A stretch of 62,854 nt of DNA, the filler included, from Hyphochytrium catenoides (taxonomy: Eukaryota; Protista; Hyphochytriomycota), in assembly GCA_900088475.1 (NCBI GenBank). It is 6 parts of 6 records of this genome, joined end to end, with 100 filler letters (N's around TTAATTAATTAA, not from the genome) between each part and the next. Parts side by side here need not be neighbours in the genome. Positions count along the whole stretch, not along the records: positions 44,265 to 51,269 come from FLMG01000126.1; positions 51,370 to 57,277 come from FLMG01004304.1; 4 more parts are not named here. One strand, given 5' to 3'. Below, piece by piece: positions 45,721-57,377 of this stretch; the stretch's first letter is position 1, and each line of letters begins with the position of its first letter. The notes under the pieces are model-generated. The model worked only from the letters and a program-made list of their open reading frames with translations, ran no database searches and had not been told where the DNA came from. The position numbers were made by a program, and so were the translations under genes.

Positions 45721-48700
45721 CTAGTCTATCTCTGCTTGGAGATAATGGACGTAGGGCACAGTCAATTGGACTGAAAGAAAGTAGAGAAAGGCCGCCAGGC
45801 AAATGGAGATCGGGAGAGCAGGAAGAGCCTGACGATAGAGTCCTAAGAGCAGGAGAGTGCTTCCCAAACCCTACAGAGACACAGAAAAACGAGAGTTTAG
45901 CTCTGAGAGATAAGGTTGTACAATAGCTTTCATTCATTCAAGATAGAAGGCGTGAGTGCTGATGAGAGAGCGCTGCTGGGGAAAGGAGAACGACGGGTCA
46001 GAGTCGACGCACTGCAGAAATTATGGCCATCAGCATGAAGGCGTGCCACAAAAACGGAATGACAATGCTAGAGCTCCCCAAAAGGGATACGGACAGCCTT
46101 AAGGATGAGATGAGGCAGACAGAGCCGGAACAACTCTATACTAACCCTCGTCACAGAGAGAAAAAGAGAGAGAAAGAGAGAAAAACAAAGATGACGCTTG
46201 CAAAGGCGAGAGAAAGATGAGAGAGATAGAAAGAGAGAGAGATATTGTTACCATGATTATAGCAATCAGACAACTCGCAAAGGCGATGAAGTTATATAAC
46301 GCGGCCCTAGCCACTAGCACGCTGTAGAAGATGAAGTCACCTAAACCTAGCTTGATAGTGTTAACTGCAGGGACAGAGAGGCACATAGAGGAAGAGACAT
46401 GAGTGCTGGGACAAGACAGAGCAAGGTAAAAAGCCTAAACAGTTATTCTTAAGGAAAGGAGTTGGGGGATGAGCATCAAGACTTTCTTGGAGAGCCCACT
46501 CGCTCAGCAGAAAGGTGAACAGCTTACTAGGCCGTTCAAACGACATAGCAGCAGAAGGGAGAGGGGAAGGACATCTACCGTCATCGTCCTTCCGCTGATA
46601 AGGCGCCTTTTCTAAGTATTTCTGCTTGAGGTGCTGCCAAAGAACGTCTTCCCGGCCCTGGTACAGGGCTAAGACCGCCGGCACGGAGTTGATGTTTGCC
46701 TGTGAGCAAAGAGACAGCGCCTCTTTGGTCAACCCTATGTACATATATCGTCGACTCTGACAGACTGACACTCCTTCGCAAAAAGTCTAGCCTCGTCTCC
46801 CGTCCTCCCTCTTAGTTGTCTCTCCCCTCCTTTCCCTATCTAGAAAATTGGCTGAGGAGACAGTCAGCAACTCCCTGCTTACCGGATTGTAGACTCTATA
46901 AAATTGACGGAGGCGTCGTTCCGGGGTGAGGCTAGGATGATCTTGCAGAAGCAGTTCTGCCAGTTAGGAGGCAAGGAAGTTATTTGTTTGTCGTATGCAG
47001 GAGACACGACCCCGTCTCCTTAGCTCCTCGTATCCTTTGGTCATGGATCTGGAGGACTGCCACTCACCGTCTAGACGCTGCTCAGTGATTGTCACTACTC
47101 GCCCTCGCTGTACATCCTCACTGTCTCGCTCTGCGTTGGTCATATGGAAGAACAGACCAAGAATGAAGTAAGGGAGCTGGCGAGCTTAGGAGGAGATGGG
47201 AACTGCAAAGGAGAAACTTGATGCCAAGACGCATAATTCGGGCAGGTAGAAGAGAGACAACATGGCGCCAAAGTCCACTCTCACCTTTCTCCTCATCCTC
47301 TATGCTGTCTAGCAAGATCATAGGGGTCGGCTGGCCAGGGGTGGAGAGAGGAAGAGCAGAGGGTCCTGACCCCTGTCTTCCTCCTAAGGCGTCGAGGTTC
47401 ACATCTGCTTCGTAAAGGAGCCCAGGTAGAGGCTGGCCCTTGGCCTGTACCTCGGCAATCAGCCACCGCAGCGGACCGCAAGGGCTTAGGACAGCACAGA
47501 GATCGTAGAAGGCAAGCGCAAGAAGCAATGCCCACGTTGTCCACTGCAGCGGCGGAGCAAGGAAGAGAGCGGACGCGCAAGGCAAGGTGTGAGACACTTC
47601 TAGGAGTTGGACACCTTCAAAGCTAAAGAAGATGGTCATGGAGGGCAGAAAGATGGCTAAGAAGTTTCTTGACCAATGGAGAAGAGACAGCGAGGAAGTA
47701 CGGCAGAGACATGAAGACGATACAGCTCTGGATGCCAGGCTTTCCTATAAATAGCGAGCGCGAGCAGTCTCACCTCTGGTAGCTGTGAAAGCTGCCAGGC
47801 CATGATCACGGAGATGAGGACCAAGTAGCTCTGAGTAACAACCACATTCAAGCCCTGGGCCACGTGAAGTTAGTAGAGGTGCCAGTGAACTTCACTGCCA
47901 CGAGAGAGAGACATCCAGGGGAGATGGGATATACATATAGAGAGAGAAATAGAGACGGACAGAGAGGCGAGAGACAGATAGGAGACAGAGAGATATGTAA
48001 AGAGAGAGAGACAGAGAGAACATACAGAGACAGAGAGAACATACAGAGAGAGAGAGAAGGAGAGATGCGGAGACAGATCCATACGAAGACAGAGCCACAG
48101 GAGAGGGAGATACAAAGAGAGAAGCATACAGAGAGGGAGCCACGGATGAGGGCAAGGGAAAAGACCGTGAATATTGGATCGGAAGGGCAGCGTATCAGGA
48201 CCCAAGCGCGCGGCTAAGCAACCAAAGAAAGACTTTCGAGCCACAAAGTAGCGGCCATTGAAAGGTGTTTTAAGGGCCAGAGAGAAGAGAGGAGAAAGAC
48301 AGAGGAACGAACCGTGACACATCCAGCAAGAGAGAGAGAATTGAAACGAAGAAAGAGAGAGTCTACTGATATATCCCAAGGGGAGAAGGCAAAGGGTTGC
48401 CTGTACCTTCTGATAGAAGATGGCCGTGATGCCGACGACAGCAAAGTTATAGAGAAGAAGCCCAAACGTGAGCGTGTCAACCGTGAGATGAAGTTGGTCC
48501 AGGACTAAGAGAGAGATGTAGCCACCCATAAACCCTAACAGCGTGACACAAGAGAGAACCATGTATCCCACCAGCAACTGGGCCCGGGGGAGAGAGAGAG
48601 AGAAGAGAGAGAGAGGGCGATGCACTTAGTCAGGGGAAGCACAAGTACAAACGCTGCAAGAGATACGAAAAGGAACGGCAACAGAGAAAAAAAGAAGACA

Positions 48701-49755
48701 GAGAGAGAGAGAAAAGCGAGAGACAGTAAAAAGCAAAGTAAGAGAGATGCTGATGTGTACAGACCAGAACACAAAGAGGCCGAGGAGAGATAGACTGAGC
48801 AACAGCAAGAGGACACTGATCTAAGAGGAAGAGAGCCTGAGTCAAGAGAAGAGAAAGAGAGACTTTCTGGAAGACTCTTACCCTCATGCAGTTCATCTTA
48901 TAGCAGCAGACAATGGCAAAGGTGGCGAGGGCGATGAAGGAGACGATCACCAGCGCGTTGACTGCCGCTCTGGCAATTTCCTCTCCTCTATCTTCTTCCC
49001 CACTCGCCGCTCCCGAGCGCTCTTTGTACACTAAGTACTCGCTGTGAGATAGGAGGAGGGGAAAAGAGAAAGAGAGAGAGAGTAAGAGAGAGCCAGAGAG
49101 AGAAAGGAAAGTTGTGGAGAGAGAGAGCGAGCGAGAGAGAGCGAGAGAGAAAGAGAAAGAGAGAGAGGAGAATAGAGGCAAAGAGAAAGAGAACAAGACG
49201 CAAAGAACAATGACCAACAGTGCTTCATAGAACAGAAAGCGAGAGACAAAGCATGTAGAGAGAATGGAGAGAGAGAGAGAGAGGAAGAGAACAAGAGAAA
49301 GACAGCGACAGAGGATAGAGAGAGAGGGAAGAGAATGGAAGAAAGGAACAGAAAAAGAGAGAGCGTAAAAGAGAGAGAGAGAGAGAGAGCAGCAAAGCTG
49401 GCTCGCAGATGGAGGAGGCTCCTCACCTGACCGACTGTTCCACGACTAGCGAGGGATCTTTGATCCAGACAGCGGCGAGGCTGCTGAGCGCCATCGCGAG
49501 CGTGACAGGCAGGACCACAGCGGCGAAGGAGCCAACAGAGTGGAAGAGCTCCGCCAGAGGCCCATCGTCCTCGCTCTCGCCTCTCTCTCTTTCTCTCTCT
49601 CTCTCTACAGGAGCGGTGACTGTGATGGGAGGAGGAAGGAGAGGCACTCTGCAGTATCCGAAGAGAGAGATCGTCGATGCCGGAGAGAGAACGCGTGCGC
49701 GAGAGACAGAGAGAGTGAGAGCGGGGAGAGAGAGAGAGAGAGAGGAGAGAGAGAA

Positions 49756-49791
<36 letters not shown>

Positions 49792-50086
49792 AGAGAGGCA
49801 AGAGAGAGATAGTAGAGAGGACAAGAGGAGAGACCAACGCACGTTAGAGAAAATCTGAGGGAGGGAGTGCTCAAGAGAGAAAATGGCAAGGTACCGAGAC
49901 AGCGAAGCAGAGTTAACAAGAGAACAAGAGAGAGAGAGAGGACACGAGAAAGTGGGGAGAGAAAGAGAGAGAAGACGAGAGAGAGAGAAGAGGAGAGCGA
50001 GAGGAGAGAGAGGGAAAACACCTAGAATGGAGGAAGGGTAAGTACTAGTTAGTCTCTTACCTCTCATCGGTGCCGTCCATCTCCAT
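45721..50086 (-). CDS. PSEN: Presenilin (peptidase A22A, catalytic subunit of gamma-secretase); multi-exon
   Basis: Exons give VVLPVTLAM, NALVIVSFIALATFAIVCCYK, NFAVVG, QSYLVLISVIMAWQLSQLPE|WTTWALLLALAFYDLCAVLSPCGPL (YD Asp) and IKLGLGDFIFYSVLV (GxGD Asp). The last exon 45721-45870 reads GLGSTLLLLGLYRQALPALPISI (PAL motif). The tentative start is MEMDGTDER at 50086 with donor at 50060. Confidence 0.93.
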
Positions 50087-51269
50087 GAGAAAGCCAAGAC
50101 TTTGCTACGGAAGACGGCTCTCCTCAGAGCTGAAGTCTCTCCTGAGTCTTTCTTCGTCAGCTGCGGCTCTTTCTCTCTCTCCCTCGCCTCTAAGCTTAGC
50201 TCTTCGTGGAACTCTTTCTCCTTCACGGGTATAAATGGCGCGCGTTGAAAGCGAAGAGAGAGAGAGAGAGAGTGAGACTCAGAAGAGAGACTCAAATGAT
50301 GAGAATCTGCACCACTCTCTTCTTCTTGCGAGTCTGTCTTCTCGGCTTCCTCCTATCCTTTGTCCTTACAGTCCTGTCTGAATGGGCGGGTCTTATTCTC
50401 ATGAGAGTCTTCTGCATCTGCCGGCCTCTCTCTCTCTCTCTCTCTCTCCTCTCTCTCTCCTCTCTTTCTCTCTCCTCTCTCTCCTCTCTCTTCTCTCTCT
50501 CTCTCTCTCCTCTCTCTTCTCTCTCTCTCTCTCCTCTCTCTTCTCTCTTCTCTTCTCTCTGTCTCTTTCTGATCTCTCCCTAATCTCTCTCCAGTTGAAG
50601 CTCCACAAGCAACAAAATCTCAGCAGTGTGTCAAGACTGATTTGTTTCATTCACGCGAAGTATTCCAATACTTTTTGGCAGTATATCGATATTAGATGGG
50701 AACGTTGCAAGTGGAATATATCCCTGAAACATTTCCTGTGGGGCAAAATGTAGAGAGAAGGTTCTTGACAAATCTTACTTTTTCTGATCTTCCAGGCACA
50801 CGCTTTCTCTTCTTTCTTTCTCTCTCTCTCTCCCTCTCTCTCTCTCCCTCTCTCTCCCTCCCTCCTCCTTTCTCTCTCTTTCTCCCTCTCTTGTCCGTGG
50901 ACGCACGCAGCAGGCATCTTTGTGTTGCCTCTTCCTCTCTGTCTCACCTTCAGCCGTCGCAGTTGTCTCCTGCTTGCCAACTTCGGTCCAACAGGGCACT
51001 GTTCTCTCCCCGCACCCACTTCTCCGCTCTACGCGCCTCTCAGACGAGGACCTAAGACGGAAGAGAGAAACAACTTGGGCAAGCGGGCAGAGAGAGAGAG
51101 AGAGAAAGAGAAAGACAGGAGAGAGAGAGAGGAGAGGATGTTCATTCTAGCTGTCTACGCAGATGGTGGGGAGGATGGCCTCAGTGGCTTGGCTCCTGCG
51201 CAGCGCCAGCACCTTGACCAGTTTGTCGCGTCTGGATGGTGCGGCACTCTATGGCTGCGAGAGGAAGCA

Positions 51270-51369
51270 NNNNNNNNNNNNNNNNNNNNNNNNNNNNNNN
51301 NNNNNNNNNNNNNTTAATTAATTAANNNNNNNNNNNNNNNNNNNNNNNNNNNNNNNNNNNNNNNNNNNN
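51270..51369. other. Artificial scaffold-joining spacer
   Basis: N44-TTAATTAATTAA-N44. Confidence 0.97.
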
Positions 51370-51539
51370 AGAGAGAGAGAGAGAGTAAAGGGTGAAAGAG
51401 GCAGAGGCAGACAAGGAGCCGAGTGAGATAGATAGCGAGAGAAGAAAATGAGTTAGATAGAAACAAAGGATAAGTAGAAAGACAGAGAGAGAGAGAAGAG
51501 GCCAAGTGATACACATAGAGGGAGAAAGAGAGAGAGACT

Positions 51540-52375
51540 CTCTACCGAGGACGAAGGTGACTCCGATGGGAAGGAGAGAGGCCCAAAAGGCCCAGGCCGC
51601 GGTCACAGCGATGCTTTCACAGTCTCCCCCCAGGCGTCCCACGGCCCGAGGATAGAATAACGTCGCCGCTAAGCCTAAGATCGCACCTAAACCTTGACTG
51701 AGAGCGATCAGAGACGTCGGCACCTGCCAGGAAAGAGAGAGAGAGCGAGAGAGACAAGAATTGTCAGTCTCTCTCTCTCTCTCTTTGGCCTTTTTTCTCT
51801 AGCTTCCCCATTTGCTGTGTCTAACTCCTAACTCCTGTTTGCTTTGGTCCTCTGTCTCTGTGGCTCTCACATCCTCCGACATCCCAAGTCTTTCGCCCAT
51901 TCTGCGCTTCTCTCTCTTACCTTCCCTTTTCTCTCTCTTTCTAACTCTCTCAACATCTACCCCTCTCTGTCTCTCTCTCTCTCCATTCTCCTCGTATCTA
52001 CCTCACCATCTCCGGGGCTAACCTCGCCCTCTCTTGCAAGTTGTCGCTTTGCTTTTCACCGTCTTTAGGATTCTTTTCTTCTTCTCTTTCTCTCTCTCCC
52101 TTTGTGTATGTGTGTCTCTTCCTCTCTCTTACCTTCCTCCAGGTGAGATAAGAAGTATTAAGCGCTCCCTGGTCGAGCACTGACATGAAAAGAAGGCAGA
52201 AGGCCACAGAGGCGAGAAAGACAGGGTGCGAACGGTAGAGAGAGAGAGAAGAGAACAGAGAGGAAGAGGGAGACGAAGCGGAAGAGACAGAAACAGAAGA
52301 GACCCGTTTTGTTTCTGCGAGGCAGAGGCAACGAAACAGTGTTAGGGATTGTGAAAGGAGAGAGAGAGAGAGAGC

Positions 52376-52408
<33 letters not shown>

Positions 52409-54979
52409 GGAGAGAGAGGGAGAGAGAGAGAGAGGACAGAAAGCGAAGGAGCCAACATGGGAAAGAAAGAAATTGAGACAGCGAAGAAAAAAGAGAGAGA
52501 AAGAAAGGCAACGAAAGAAGAGAGAGAGAGAATTGATTGCTTACGAAGAGCTTTAGAACTATAAAAGACTTCGGTCAGAAAGACATATTCCAGAGGGAGA
52601 GACATCAGATTCCACGCTCCTGGTGACAATCACAGGGAGAGAGAGAGAGACAGAGAGAGAGACAGAGAGAGAAAGAAGAGGGAGAAAGACAGGAGGAGAT
52701 GTAGTGAGTGTGCGGCAAACACAGAGTCAGAGCGCGAGAGAGATACTGCGAGAAGTTTGTGAGAGAGGGCAAGAGTGAGGGAGGGCGAGAGAGAGATAGT
52801 ATGGAGAGAAGAGAGACAAAAGGAAAGGTGACTTACAGGAGAGAATGCTGAAGGGACACAGGGAGGGCAAAAAGAAAGAGAGAGCAGGGCGAAATGGGCA
52901 AAAAAGAAAAGACAGAGAGCACGCGTCGACAAACCCAGAAAGTGAAAGAAAGAGAGACAACTCCCAAAGACAGGTCGACAGGCGAGCAAGAGAGAGAAAT
53001 ATACATCTCAAAAGCACTCGCAGGTAAACAAAAGCACAAACGAAAGAAAGCCATAGAGGAGGAGGAGTGAGAGAGCAAGGGAATGAGAGAAAGAGAGAGA
53101 AAGAGAGAGAAAGAGAGAGACGGAGAGAGTGTTCCCACCTACTACGATGGCGCCTGTCACTCCTCGGGCCAGAGGTGNNNNNNNNNNNNNNNNNNNNNNN
53201 NNNNNNNNNNNNNNNNNNNNNNNNNNNNNNNNNNNNNNNNNNNNNNNNNNNNNNNNNNNNNAGAGGGAGAGAGAGAGAGGGAGAGAGGGAGAGAGAAAGA
53301 AGGAGAGAGGGAGAGAGAAAAGGAAAGAGAGAGAAAAGGGGGAGAGAAAGAGACAGTAGCGGCAGATCGGAAAAAGAAGAGAAGCGCCCAACGGGGTGAA
53401 AACAGGGAAAGAGAATACGAACAAGGGACACACCCGATAGGGAAAGAGAGAGAGAGAGAGAGAAATACATACAAGGGTCTCTAGCGTGGGGGAGAGAAAA
53501 GAGCTCTCAGAAAGACGGATATAGTGAAAGACGAGTAGCCAAAGGGGAGAAAGAGGAAGGCATAAATAGAGAAGAGAACGGGGTGAGAGCAAAGAGAGAA
53601 ATGAGAGAGAGAAAGAGATATTGTTTGGGTGGAAGGATTAAGAGAGAGAGGGGCGGAGTGATAGAGCCAGAGAGAGAGAAAGGAGAAGGGGCAAAAACAA
53701 GGACAGGAGAAACCAAAATAGCGAGGGAGAGAGAGAAAAGCGAAAGGGAGCCAAAGAAGGACCGCGACAACCAAAGCAGGAAGAGAAAGAGAGAGAACAT
53801 AGAGAGAGAGACAAAAAGAGAGAGAGAGTGTGAAAGAGATAAAAGAGAGAGAGGGAGGCCTCAGGACACCTTGCAGGTGAGATCAATGGCTCTGATGTTG
53901 CTGTTAAGCGATGCGAGTTGCTGGCGATCCTCTCCGGAGAGAAGAGTCACCCAGTCCCGCTCCACACAGAGAGTCTGCGCCTGACCCAGTGACTCTCCTG
54001 CAGATAACAGAAGAGAAAGAGATAGAGAGAAAGAAAGAGAGAGAGAAAGAGAGAGAGGCAGAGACACAGAGACGGAGAGAGAGAGAAAGGGAAAAGGAGA
54101 GAAACACAGTGAGGAGATTTCCAAAGAGATATAGGAGAAAGAAGGAGAGGACGTACACGAAACCTTAAGCGAAACGATACCAAGAGAGAAAGAAAGAAGA
54201 AGAGAGAGTGAAAAATGAGAGAGAGAGAATGGCAACATCGCGGGAGGGAGAATAGAGAGAGAGAAGAGAACCACATAAAACAGAACACAGAGGATAACCA
54301 CTTAACCGGAAACAGTGAGGACAGGAGAGAGCAAATTAAGAGGCTAGACACCGAGATAGCAATTAAAAGAGAAGAGAACAAAGGGAGAAGAGGGAGAAAC
54401 GAAAGAGAAAAGGACAATGGTAAAAAAGAGAGAGAGAGAGAAGAGGAGAGAAGGACAAACGAGGGAGAAAGAGAGAGAAGCGAAGGAGAGAAGACCAAGG
54501 GGAGATAGAGATAGAGACCAACAGGAGAAGGACAAAAACAGAGAAAGAGAGAGAAGCGAAGGAGAGAAGGCCAAGGGGAGAAAGAGAGATAGCAAAGGAA
54601 CAGAAGGACAAAAGAAGGGATAAAGACAGAGAGACGAAGGAGAGAAGGATAAAGAGGGCAGAGGAGGGCGCGGAGGAGGGAAAGGCCAAGCGAGTAAAGA
54701 GAGACAGGAAGGTTGATATCAAAGTCCTCTCTTTCTCTCAGTCTCTTTTCTCTCTTTCCCTCCCTGTCCTACCGATAATGCCACAAAGGACGAGGGCTGC
54801 GAAGAGAGAGACAAGGAGAGGGCTCCAGGAAGCGCCGTGAGCGCCATCAGCGTGGGAGAAGAAGAGGAGAAGGACCATCAAAGCGCTTGACAGAACTATC
54901 GCCGCATTCTCCCATAACAAAGCTATGTGAGAGAGAGAGAGAAAGAGAGAGGGAAAGAGAGAGAGAGAGGAAGAGAGAG

Positions 54980-55020
<41 letters not shown>

Positions 55021-55490
55021 AGAGCTTAGACACGAGAATAGGACAATGGCATTGAGAGGAAAGGGAGGAACATGAGAAGACGGCAACTAAGAAAGATATC
55101 CAGGGGCCTTTTAGAATAACAAAGAGCGGCAGCAGAAGAGAGAGAGAGAGGAAAAAAGAGAGGGAGAAAGAGACAGAGAGAGAGAAGGTTGAGGCTGTTT
55201 TAATCACAAAATAAAACCAGTGAAGAGGAGGCATAGAATTCAAAAAGAGAGGTAAGAAGAGAAAGAGAAGCGGAGAGGAAGAGATAGAAAAAGAGAGACT
55301 CTCGCTTAGTGAGAGAGACAGGGAGAGAAAGAGGGGAGGGAAAGAGAAAGAGAAAAAAAGAGGGAAAGATGGTCGGGAGAGGTGCAATAAGAACATATCT
55401 CAATCCCAATTCCCGCACCTCTGCGCACTACTTGGAGCCTGTGTCCTCTGTCTATCCAGCGNNNNNNGAGAGAAAGAGGGAGAGAGAGAA

Positions 55491-55540
<50 letters not shown>

Positions 55541-57277
55541 GGAGAGAGAAAAGAGAGAGAGAGAAAGAGAGAGAGAAAGAGGGAGAGGGAAAAAAAAAGA
55601 GAGAGAGAGAGAGAGAGAGGAAGAGAGAGAGCGAAAGAGAGGGAGAGTGAGAAAGAAGAGAAAGGAGACAATGACCAAGAGAGAAGGCACGAAGAGAGAA
55701 GGCACGATGAGAGAAGGCACGATGAGAGAGAGAGAGAAAAAGCACGAGAGAGAGACAAGGGTCAGTTACAGGAGATTAATTCGGAGGGGAGAGGCTGTGT
55801 GTGAGAGGAAGCAAGAGATGAAATGGCATACGCGAGGAAGACGGCGGAAGGAGGAAAAGAATGAAGCAAAAGATATAGGACAGACGCAGAGAAGAGAGAA
55901 GTATAAGAGAATGAGAGAGAGAGACAGACAGACAGACAAAGAAGAGATTGAAAAGATAACCGGAAAAAAGAGGAGAAGAGGAGAGAGAACGGAGACAGTT
56001 GAGAGACAGATCGGGAAACGGAGAGCGTGAGACAGAGAGACAAGAAGAAGAGGTGAAAAGATAGAAGATAGGGAAGAAGATGAGGAAGTTGGAGAGAGCC
56101 ATAGAAAGACTGAAAGAGGAAAGAGAGAGACACAACGTAAGAGGCAGAGAGGAGAGAAAGATGCTGGGATGGAATGAGACAGAAGAGAAAGACGCTGGGA
56201 AGAAGAGAGAAAGAGCAAGAGAGAGTGAGAGAAAAAGGGAACCACTCACCCAGGCAGAAAGCATCCGGGAAGAGAAGAGGAAACATTTTGTCTCCAGAAA
56301 AGACAATTGGCTCTTAGACTGCTCTCTTCAGGAGAGAAAGAGAAAGGGAAAGAGTCACAGGGGAGCCGCCGTGAGCCAAAGAAAGAAAATTTCGTGCAGA
56401 CGGAAGGTAGAAAGAGGAAGAGAGATGCAGGAGAGAAACATCAAGAGTTGAGCTGCGAGAGAACAAAAGAAAGAGAGACACAGGAGAGAGAGAAGGAGAG
56501 AGAGAAACATGAGTAACTCTTTCACCCTAAGAGTCTTCTTCTTTCCTCGTCTGTTTCTGGTTCGCGCTCTCTCTCTGGACTCTTGATCTTCACATAGAGA
56601 GGGAGAAAGAAGAGAGGGAGAAGACAGGACAGAAGGATAACGAGAGAGATAGAGAGAAGGGGAATGCTCGCCGCATTTCCTGCAGCACAGAGAGAGAAGG
56701 AGGGAACCCCTGTGCAGACTAAAGAGGAACGCCATGGAGGGAGAGAGAGAGAGAGGCAGACAGAGGGAGACGGATAGACAGAAAAGAGAGAGAAGCAGAA
56801 GAGCGAGAGGAGAGCGAGATTGGAGAAGAGACCGAATGTTTTTTCGAATTAAAAGAGAGAAAAGGTGGTGTGTGGGAGAGAGAGAGAGAGGGAGAGGCGG
56901 GGAGAGAGAGGAAGAGACACAGAGAGTGAGAGAGAGCCAGAGAGAGAAAGAGAGAAAGAGAAAGATGGGAAGAGAGGGGAGAGACAAGAAAGAGAGACAG
57001 GGAAAGACACATGGTATGATCTCGCAGCAGAGAGCAGCATGCAGAAGATAGAAAGGGAGCAAGAAGATAGGTAGATGGAAAGAGAGAAACAGGAGAAGAT
57101 AGAAGGGAACACGTAGTATGGACGAGAAAGGCAAAGACAGAGAGAGAGAAGAAGAGAGATGAGGAAAGGGAGAGAAGGGAGAAAGAGACTCCGGTAGACT
57201 GAGCGTGCAAGAAAAGAGAGAACGGAGAGAAGAGCGGAGCTTACCTGCGCCATAGCTCGAGACAACACTGGCAACCA
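51540..57277 (-). CDS. FPN1: Ferroportin/IREG (SLC40) iron exporter; partial at both ends, small exons in very large CT-rich introns
   Basis: Exons: RWIDRGHRLQVVR (~55400-55461), LLWENAAIVLSSALM (~54770-54920), LCVERDWVTLL...LASLNSNIRAIDLTCKV (~53870-53997), AWNLMSLPLEYVFL (~52545-52620), YRSHPVFLASVAFCLLFMSVLDQGALNTSYL (~52133-52310) and IALSQGLGAILGLAATLFYP (~51545-51724). These follow the ferroportin motif order. Confidence 0.88.
52340..57240. repeat. Extensive (GA)n-derived low-complexity intronic sequence
   Basis: Near-continuous purine-rich + strand. Includes small tandem units such as gagagaaggcacga(a/t) three times at ~55679-55725 and a duplicated block at ~54470-54595. Confidence 0.9.
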
Positions 57278-57377
57278 NNNNNNNNNNNNNNNNNNNNNNN
57301 NNNNNNNNNNNNNNNNNNNNNTTAATTAATTAANNNNNNNNNNNNNNNNNNNNNNNNNNNNNNNNNNNNNNNNNNNN
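57278..57377. other. Artificial scaffold-joining spacer
   Basis: N44-TTAATTAATTAA-N44. Confidence 0.97.

Noticed and set aside
50296-51269. Possible gene divergent from presenilin (signal-like MMRICTTLFFLRVCLLGFLL, CT-rich intron ending at 50593)
   Set aside because: The candidate second exon has stops in the plausible frames and no family is recognisable, so it is not supportable without transcripts.
47848-57274. Dozens of Ser/Leu-rich or Arg/Glu-rich ORFs in the ORF track
   Set aside because: They are translations of (CT)n/(GA)n tracts, which lack stop codons, and they lie in presenilin and ferroportin introns.
7465-57377. Recurrent TTAATTAATTAA palindrome as a biological repeat or recombination site
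   Set aside because: It is always centred in exactly 44+44 Ns, so it is an assembly concatenation linker. Gene neighbourhoods across it are meaningless.
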